DNA from: a virus
Taxonomy: Duplodnaviria; Caudoviricetes
IMG/VR virus record: IMGVR_UViG_3300046051_000034
Span: 1 to 30,780 of that record
Strand: one strand, 5' to 3'
Length of the DNA stretch: 30,780 nt
The first letter of the stretch is position 1, and the number at the start of each line of letters is the position of its first letter. Below the pieces are notes generated by a model, which did no database searches, was not told where the DNA came from, and was given only the letters and a program-made list of their open reading frames with translations. The position numbers and the translations under genes were made by a program. Below are positions 25,652 to 30,780 of the stretch, piece after piece.

Positions 25652-26045
25652 TGTCCGCACCCCCGTTAGATTCATCGTCGGCTGATGCGATTTCCTTGTA
25701 TCGGGTTATTTCGGTGCCATCCCAGGTGGCAATCAACTGTCCATCGCGACGCTCAACACGAGCGGCATCACGCTCGACGATATCGAGAGTGTGGTCTCGG
25801 GCAATGTCGCGAAGCTCTTGACATTCTCGCTCCGGGACCGGAGTGAAAAGCGAGGTCGATAGGTTGGATATCGATGTAGCTGCCGAGCTCAACGAGACGC
25901 TGATGGCATCGAATGTCGCCGAAAATGGGCTGGACTGTCCACGCTGACCTGCTTGCGTGCCGAGATGATATCCGACCAGTGCAAACGCACCGCCCACGCT
26001 CGTCGAAACTAACGCCGCTAAAAGCATCTCACTGAGCACCGTCAT
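25644..26045 (-). CDS. Membrane-anchored hypothetical protein (~133 aa)
   Basis: GGAGGTG SD-like site near the start; N-terminal hydrophobic MLLAALVSTSVGGAFALVGYHL. Confidence 0.55.
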   Translation of the reverse strand: MTVLSEMLLAALVSTSVGGAFALVGYHLGTQAGQRGQSSPFSATFDAISVSLSSAATSISNLSTSLFTPVPERECQELRDIARDHTLDIVERDAARVERRDGQLIATWDGTEITRYKEIASADDESNGGADSE

Positions 26046-26931
26046 CACCTCCGGAGTGGTCAGCCCCCGGCTGGACGTTGCAGTTGTTTCCGCCGTCTGT
26101 GGCTGCAAGTAAGGTCTGCTGTTCCGTATCGGCGTCATCCTTGCCAGTGAGGATCGTCCGGATTCGGCGTTTTTGACGAAGATACTCCAAAGCAGAATCG
26201 CGCCACGTTTTTGATCCGGCGTCGAGGTCGTGGAGAACACCCCACTGTGCCTGCATCTCGTAAGACTGTGAATCGGCTGAGGTGAGTGCCTCACGGACTC
26301 GCGGGAACTTGAGTACTGACCCTTTTACCCCGAAGGCGTGGAGTCCCTCAACCCATTCGGGAAGTTCCTCACGGACAGTAAGGACGATCTCCCGAATCTC
26401 GTCTTCTTGATTGCGACGACAAACGGAACCGATTCCGACGTACTCGGTGAGGGTGCCAACCTCTCGCATCTGCGAGATGTGACGCCGGTAGTCCTCAACA
26501 GTCCAGCCCTGGAGAACCGCAACAGGTTGGCCGGGTACAGTGTAGTTCGGGTCTTCGTAGAGGTCGAGAAGTTCACGGTGCCGGTCGGTCGTCAGTTGCT
26601 GGTGGTCTTCAACCGTCCGACCGTACTCTCTTAGAACCTCCGGTTCACACGGGTAATCGCGGAGTGCCCAGATCTCGGGCTTGTGGTCGCAGACGAACTG
26701 GAGATACTCCTCGTTCGTAGTTTCGTACTCTCCCTTCCCCTTCATGAAGGAATAGCCGCCAGAGTCGATGAACAGGCGGTCTATCCCGTCCCAAGGGCGG
26801 TTGTTTTTCGTCGCGTAGTTGAGCATCACGTTCGGCTCATCGAGTTTCCGAAGCGCCTTCCGCGAGCTGCCACTCGATGCTCCGAAGAAAAACGCGAATC
26901 GCTCAGTACCGCTCGTAGACTGCTCACTCAT
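26029..26931 (-). CDS. TGT/DpdA-like guanine transglycosylase (putative 7-deazaguanine DNA modification enzyme, 300 aa)
   Basis: TIM-barrel TGT motifs LFIDSGGYS, DYPCEP, PVAVLQG, YVGIGSVCRR, LHAFGVK and SADS; no C-terminal Zn site of the tRNA TGTs. Confidence 0.8.
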   Translation of the reverse strand: MSEQSTSGTERFAFFFGASSGSSRKALRKLDEPNVMLNYATKNNRPWDGIDRLFIDSGGYSFMKGKGEYETTNEEYLQFVCDHKPEIWALRDYPCEPEVLREYGRTVEDHQQLTTDRHRELLDLYEDPNYTVPGQPVAVLQGWTVEDYRRHISQMREVGTLTEYVGIGSVCRRNQEDEIREIVLTVREELPEWVEGLHAFGVKGSVLKFPRVREALTSADSQSYEMQAQWGVLHDLDAGSKTWRDSALEYLRQKRRIRTILTGKDDADTEQQTLLAATDGGNNCNVQPGADHSGGDDGAQ

Positions 26932-27266
26932 AGTCTCACCGCCCGTTCCCGCGCCCTGCTACGAGCAGCGCGTTCCCTGATACCCTCTGTCTTCTCGTCG
27001 TACCGCTGGCGCGCTTCCTCAAGCGACACATCACCGTACCACAACAGCCGATAATCGACATATAGCTCATCATCTGGCCCCTCCACTACTGATGAACCAT
27101 CGTGGTCTGTCGGCGAGTTATCCACGAAGCAATTGTGACACACCCTCGTGTGCCGGCTTGGACCAATCCACTCGGTATGTCCGCAGCTCCAGCACTCCTG
27201 TTCGTCGAAGTCCGGATGGATCTCACGGATATCCACGTACTGGTCGATACCGTTCTCGGACATCAC
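26928..27266 (-). CDS. Zn-ribbon hypothetical protein (112 aa)
   Basis: CWSC...CHNC; overlaps both neighbours by 4 bp. Confidence 0.65.
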   Translation of the reverse strand: MMSENGIDQYVDIREIHPDFDEQECWSCGHTEWIGPSRHTRVCHNCFVDNSPTDHDGSSVVEGPDDELYVDYRLLWYGDVSLEEARQRYDEKTEGIRERAARSRARERAVRL

Positions 27267-29365
27267 GCACTCCCTCCCACGTACCGCAAGCCATCGGCAT
27301 CTGGCGGCTCATAGACCTCGCCTTTCTCCCTGAGTTTGTCCAGCTCGTGGCGTGCTTTCGAACGCTTCAGTCCGTCCTCCTCGGCCCGGTTGAGAATGAC
27401 GTCGACTGGGACCGCCTCATCGTACTCCTGTTGGAGTGTTGCCAAGACGTCGCCGAGTGTTTTGATCCGGTCGCGCTGGCTTTTCGAGGTCCCCGTTTCT
27501 ACCATGTCAGCGTCGAATTCGCCCGTTTCCGGGTCCATGCCGACATCCTGCATCGACTGTCCGACCAGCGAGGTTGCGATATCGACGTGCCGTTCGGTGA
27601 TTTCCTCGCTGAACTCGAACTTCGCAGCGGCCTCGGCGACGCGCGTGATCCCCTCCAGCGACCGCCAGGTCACCGGCACCGGATCGTCCGGATCGTAGTC
27701 GTGCATCCCACGCAGCGTCGTAAACTGGTCGATGATCTGTGTTTCGACCGCGTCGCTCGCGAACACCGGCGTCGGTTGTTGCTTCGCAAGCGCGATCCAC
27801 GACCGCAACAGTCCGGGATCGATCGCTGGCGCGTGCGCGTCCGTGTCGGGGTCCTCACCCTGCTCAACGCGCTTCGCCGCGTCGCGAGCGTCAAGGATAT
27901 GGGCCGCGATCTCCTTATCTTGCTCCTTATCGGGAATGTCGCGGAAGGTATACACCAGATCGAACCGCGACAGCATTGCGTCGTCGAAGACGAACTGCTC
28001 GCCAATCGCCTCGTATGGATCGAACCGGCCGTACTCGGGGTTGGCAGCCGCGACGACCGACACGCGCGTCTGCAGTGTCGTATTGATCCCGCCCTTCGTG
28101 ACGTTGATCCGCTGGTTCGCCATCGGTTCGTACAGCGCCGACCGGACCTCTGTCGGCATGTCGTCGAACTCGTCAATCGCCAGGACGCCCTTGTTGGCCT
28201 TCACGGCAGCCCCGGCATCCAGCGCCCACGAGCCGTCGCCGAAGTCGTCCTGAACGGCCGTGGCCGTCACGCCCGCAACCGTTGCGCCCTTGCCACTGAC
28301 TCCGACCGACCGCCAGCCGACCTGTTCGGCGCGCTGGACGAGCTTGGATTTTGCCGTCGACGGATCGCCGATCAGGAGGACGTGCAGCTCGCCGCGGTCG
28401 AAATCCTGGCCCTCGTACTCGACGCGAGCGCCACCAACCAGCGCGAGGATGATTGCCCGCTTCACATCGTCGTAGCCGTAGATTTTCGGCGCGAGTGTGT
28501 CTGCCGCCAGTTGGAGTGGGTCACCCTCCGCGCCACTGGCGAGGCGGCCGATCCGGTCGCGGTCGTCCGACGAAATGTCCACATCGTCGGCATCCGTCTG
28601 TTCAACGTCAATGTGAAGTGCGTCAAGCTCTGGCTCAAAGCGATTGGTCGGCGTCGACCCACGGAACTGCTGGTCGAGAGCGACCCGCCCGACGACAGTG
28701 ACCCGGTCGCCCACGTCGGCAACGTCCGTGAGATCGTGGGAAAGGTAGACGTCGATATCCTCGCCGTCGGCCTGTGCTTCCTCCGGCGGCGTCTGGATGC
28801 GGATTTTCTGTGCATCAACGTGATCGCTTCGATCGTGATCGATCCGGAACGGGCCCTGCCGTTCACAGCCCGAGCATTCGTGTGGATCCTGGAACTCGTC
28901 GTCAGCTTGTGAAACCTCGGTTGTCGAACCACAGCGCTGGCATTCGAACAGCGCTCTGTCGAGTTTGCTGTACACCGTCGTTGCTTTCGCCACCTCGCCC
29001 TCAATCGCGCGCACAGTGTCCGCGTGTTCGGACGGGCTGAACCCACCCGGAAAAAACGTTGCACTGTCGGGCAGGTTCCTCACGCGAACCACCGCGTCGT
29101 TAAGGCTAATGTCGGCTGGGAGGTCGACCATCCGGAGAGCCTCCTCGAAGCGGTCGAGAATCCCCAGCGGTTCGTCAGCATCAGCTTGGCGTGGATGGAC
29201 GAGGAGATCGTCCGCAACGGCAGGCTCCCACGCGTAGATCTCTCGCCAGTCAAGGACGAGTGCCCGTTGGTCGCGAGGATATCGCTGTGCGAGTGTGGCG
29301 ATCGCGTCCTGGTACTCCCGCTTGAGCCAGGTCGTGTAGTCGTCAAGTTGTGTTGACTGTGTCAT
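27263..29365 (-). CDS. mcm: MCM replicative helicase (700 aa)
   Basis: Zn finger CQRC...CSGC, Walker A GDPSTAKS, Walker B LAIDEFD, AAANP, arginine finger SRFD, C-terminal wHTH. Start moved to ATG 29365. Confidence 0.97.
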   Translation of the reverse strand: MTQSTQLDDYTTWLKREYQDAIATLAQRYPRDQRALVLDWREIYAWEPAVADDLLVHPRQADADEPLGILDRFEEALRMVDLPADISLNDAVVRVRNLPDSATFFPGGFSPSEHADTVRAIEGEVAKATTVYSKLDRALFECQRCGSTTEVSQADDEFQDPHECSGCERQGPFRIDHDRSDHVDAQKIRIQTPPEEAQADGEDIDVYLSHDLTDVADVGDRVTVVGRVALDQQFRGSTPTNRFEPELDALHIDVEQTDADDVDISSDDRDRIGRLASGAEGDPLQLAADTLAPKIYGYDDVKRAIILALVGGARVEYEGQDFDRGELHVLLIGDPSTAKSKLVQRAEQVGWRSVGVSGKGATVAGVTATAVQDDFGDGSWALDAGAAVKANKGVLAIDEFDDMPTEVRSALYEPMANQRINVTKGGINTTLQTRVSVVAAANPEYGRFDPYEAIGEQFVFDDAMLSRFDLVYTFRDIPDKEQDKEIAAHILDARDAAKRVEQGEDPDTDAHAPAIDPGLLRSWIALAKQQPTPVFASDAVETQIIDQFTTLRGMHDYDPDDPVPVTWRSLEGITRVAEAAAKFEFSEEITERHVDIATSLVGQSMQDVGMDPETGEFDADMVETGTSKSQRDRIKTLGDVLATLQQEYDEAVPVDVILNRAEEDGLKRSKARHELDKLREKGEVYEPPDADGLRYVGGSA

Positions 29366-29385
29366 ATCGTGAGTTCGGTTCGGGT

Positions 29386-29602
29386 CTTTTTCGACCGGAA
29401 AAACTTCGTCGCGGCGTTTCGACCCCGCGAACCACAACGTGGTGAGGTGGTTCTGCGAGGTTACCCGCCGCTACCGAAGTGTTACTTACACAACCGCACT
29501 TGTTGAAACAACGCAACTCTACAAGGGCGGTGGAAGTCCGCGGGCGAACTGACTCATTCTGAGCGACCTCCAGCCGAGATACTTTTTTTCCGGTCCAAAA
29601 AG
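29386..29602. other. Candidate replication origin: inverted 18-bp repeat pair
   Basis: ctttttcgaccggaaaaa (29386-29403) is the reverse complement of tttttccggtccaaaaag (29585-29602) at 17/18 positions; an AT-richer stretch lies between them. Confidence 0.5.
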
Positions 29603-30045
29603 GCGGCCGAACGCTTCGCGGCCTCGGCGTTGACCGTCAACCGCATCGGTCGCGTTGACTGGTCGAACTCAAACCCGGGAATGTCCTGGATCTGGGTGCC
29701 GTCCTGATCGTACCCTGCTGCCCGGCGCATGAGTCGGTAACAGGTACTCGCACCCGGTTCGCCGTCGAAACAGCCGTATCGGATGTCTTTGTAATCAAGT
29801 GCAGCTTTTCCGTGGCCGTCACGAGCGACCGTGAATCCATGCTCGCGGACCATCCCGATCTTCTCGTCGATCGTCAGCGACTCGTACCTGTGATCCTCGT
29901 CGTGTTCGCTGAGCCGGAGTGAGAGTTTCGTCACGTCTCCCTCCAGCTCGTCGACGCGCCCCTCGAGATCGTTGACCTTTGCGAGCGCTCGCTGTGCGAT
30001 CTGGAGCGCGTCCTCTGGACGGATATCAACGCCGTCGTCACTCAT
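29554..30045 (-). CDS. Coiled-coil plus wHTH-like protein, candidate replication initiator/helicase loader (163 aa)
   Basis: Start ATG 30045 (MSDDGVDIRPED); heptads LAKVNDLEGRVDELEGDV; LDYKDI...STCYRLMRRAA HTH-like segment; directly upstream of mcm. Confidence 0.6.
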   Translation of the reverse strand: MSDDGVDIRPEDALQIAQRALAKVNDLEGRVDELEGDVTKLSLRLSEHDEDHRYESLTIDEKIGMVREHGFTVARDGHGKAALDYKDIRYGCFDGEPGASTCYRLMRRAAGYDQDGTQIQDIPGFEFDQSTRPMRLTVNAEAAKRSAAFLDRKKSISAGGRSE

Positions 30046-30187
30046 CGTCGAGCACCTCAATGACCTCGTGGCCGTTGATGTGGTCCTCGCAGACGGTACG
30101 CGTCCCGTTCGGGTGGTCAATCCGCGCGGCCGCTGCTTCGTGACAGCCAAGCGTGCCGCAGATCGGCGTGAACAGCTGGGCGCTCAT
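30038..30187 (-). CDS. Zn-binding microprotein (49 aa)
   Basis: MSAQLFTPICGTLGC...VCEDH; ATGA overlap with the upstream gene. Confidence 0.65.
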   Translation of the reverse strand: MSAQLFTPICGTLGCHEAAAARIDHPNGTRTVCEDHINGHEVIEVLDDE

Positions 30188-30390
30188 TCCGACTCCCCTC
30201 TCGGACTCTCGGCCGGCGTTGCGTACACGGTCGTCCCGCACTCCCGACAGCGCAGCCGGCGGCTGTGACTGCCGGCGACGGTCGTGGCTGCGACGCAGAA
30301 GGTCTGGGAGACGACCCGATCGCAGGGGCCGCGACAGGGCGCCGCGAACACGGTCTCGTAGGGCGCGTCGCTGTAGGTGCGCCCGCTCAT
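30184..30390 (-). CDS. Zn-ribbon microprotein (68 aa)
   Basis: MSGRTYSD...CRGPC...CRECG; ATGA overlaps. Confidence 0.6.
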   Translation of the reverse strand: MSGRTYSDAPYETVFAAPCRGPCDRVVSQTFCVAATTVAGSHSRRLRCRECGTTVYATPAESPRGESE

Positions 30391-30635
30391 ACGCCGACCT
30401 CCTTGAGCTTCCCACAGACGTTGCAGACCAGGACTGTGCCGTCGGCTTGGTTGACGCGCTGGCGCAGCTCCCCTTGGGAGATGTCCTTGTCGATGCGATT
30501 CTCCGAGACGAAGTACTTTGCGTTGGCCTTCGAGACCTGCGAGTGCATCCGCTCCCACTTTTGCGTCCGGCGTTCGGCGGCAACGTCGGGGGCGCAGTCA
30601 CAGTCAGCTCGCCACTGCCGAGCGCCGCTATGCAT
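30387..30635 (-). CDS. Zn-binding small protein (82 aa)
   Basis: CDC...CNVCG; start ATG 30635. Confidence 0.55.
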   Translation of the reverse strand: MHSGARQWRADCDCAPDVAAERRTQKWERMHSQVSKANAKYFVSENRIDKDISQGELRQRVNQADGTVLVCNVCGKLKEVGV

Positions 30636-30780
30636 CGGCGACCACCCCCGCACCACCTGAAGCCGAAGCTATCGCGTCATAGGGTGTAACTCCCACATCT
30701 CCGAGAGGTCCAGACTCCCTAACGGTGGGGTGAACCGCGTGGGATTGTAAGGTATTTGATGATAGCCGGTGGAGGGATTT

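Noticed and set aside
27092-28912. 606-aa plus-strand ORF (also 19711-21009, 8337-9407, 5199-6284 and similar)
   Set aside because: Antisense shadows of mcm, terL, tail tube and TMP caused by high-GC codon bias; no motifs and non-halophilic composition.
30628-30780. Open minus-strand frame running off the right edge
   Set aside because: The translation lacks acidic bias or motifs; cannot distinguish a gene end from a regulatory region.

Overview
The window is ~30.8 kb of a haloarchaeal tailed dsDNA virus or provirus (GC-rich, very acidic proteins, siphovirus-type long non-contractile tail). Nearly all genes are on the minus strand and are coupled by ATGA/TGATG overlaps. In transcription order (right to left) it holds: small Zn-binding proteins; a coiled-coil/wHTH protein; a candidate origin with an 18-bp inverted-repeat pair; MCM helicase; a TGT/DpdA-like guanine transglycosylase; a MarR/TrmB-like regulator; a wHTH-metallophosphoesterase; three small membrane proteins; TerS and TerL; an unexplained 387-aa gene; portal; Mu gpF-like protein; an HNH insertion with an unannotated CPxCG microprotein; protease/scaffold; decoration protein; major capsid protein; neck genes; tail tube; a tail chaperone with a -1 frameshift (GGGAAAC); tape measure; and three tail-tip/adhesin genes. 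The main items not explained by routine annotation are a 173-bp direct-repeat-flanked structured cassette in the neck operon, a recurring hydrophobic-x-A-N motif in head proteins (probable protease site), paired His and Thr repeats suggesting a metal-bound fibre needle, and two intergenic hairpins sharing a C-rich loop. No integrase, att site, tRNA or CRISPR array was seen. All product calls come from motifs and gene order; no database searches were run.
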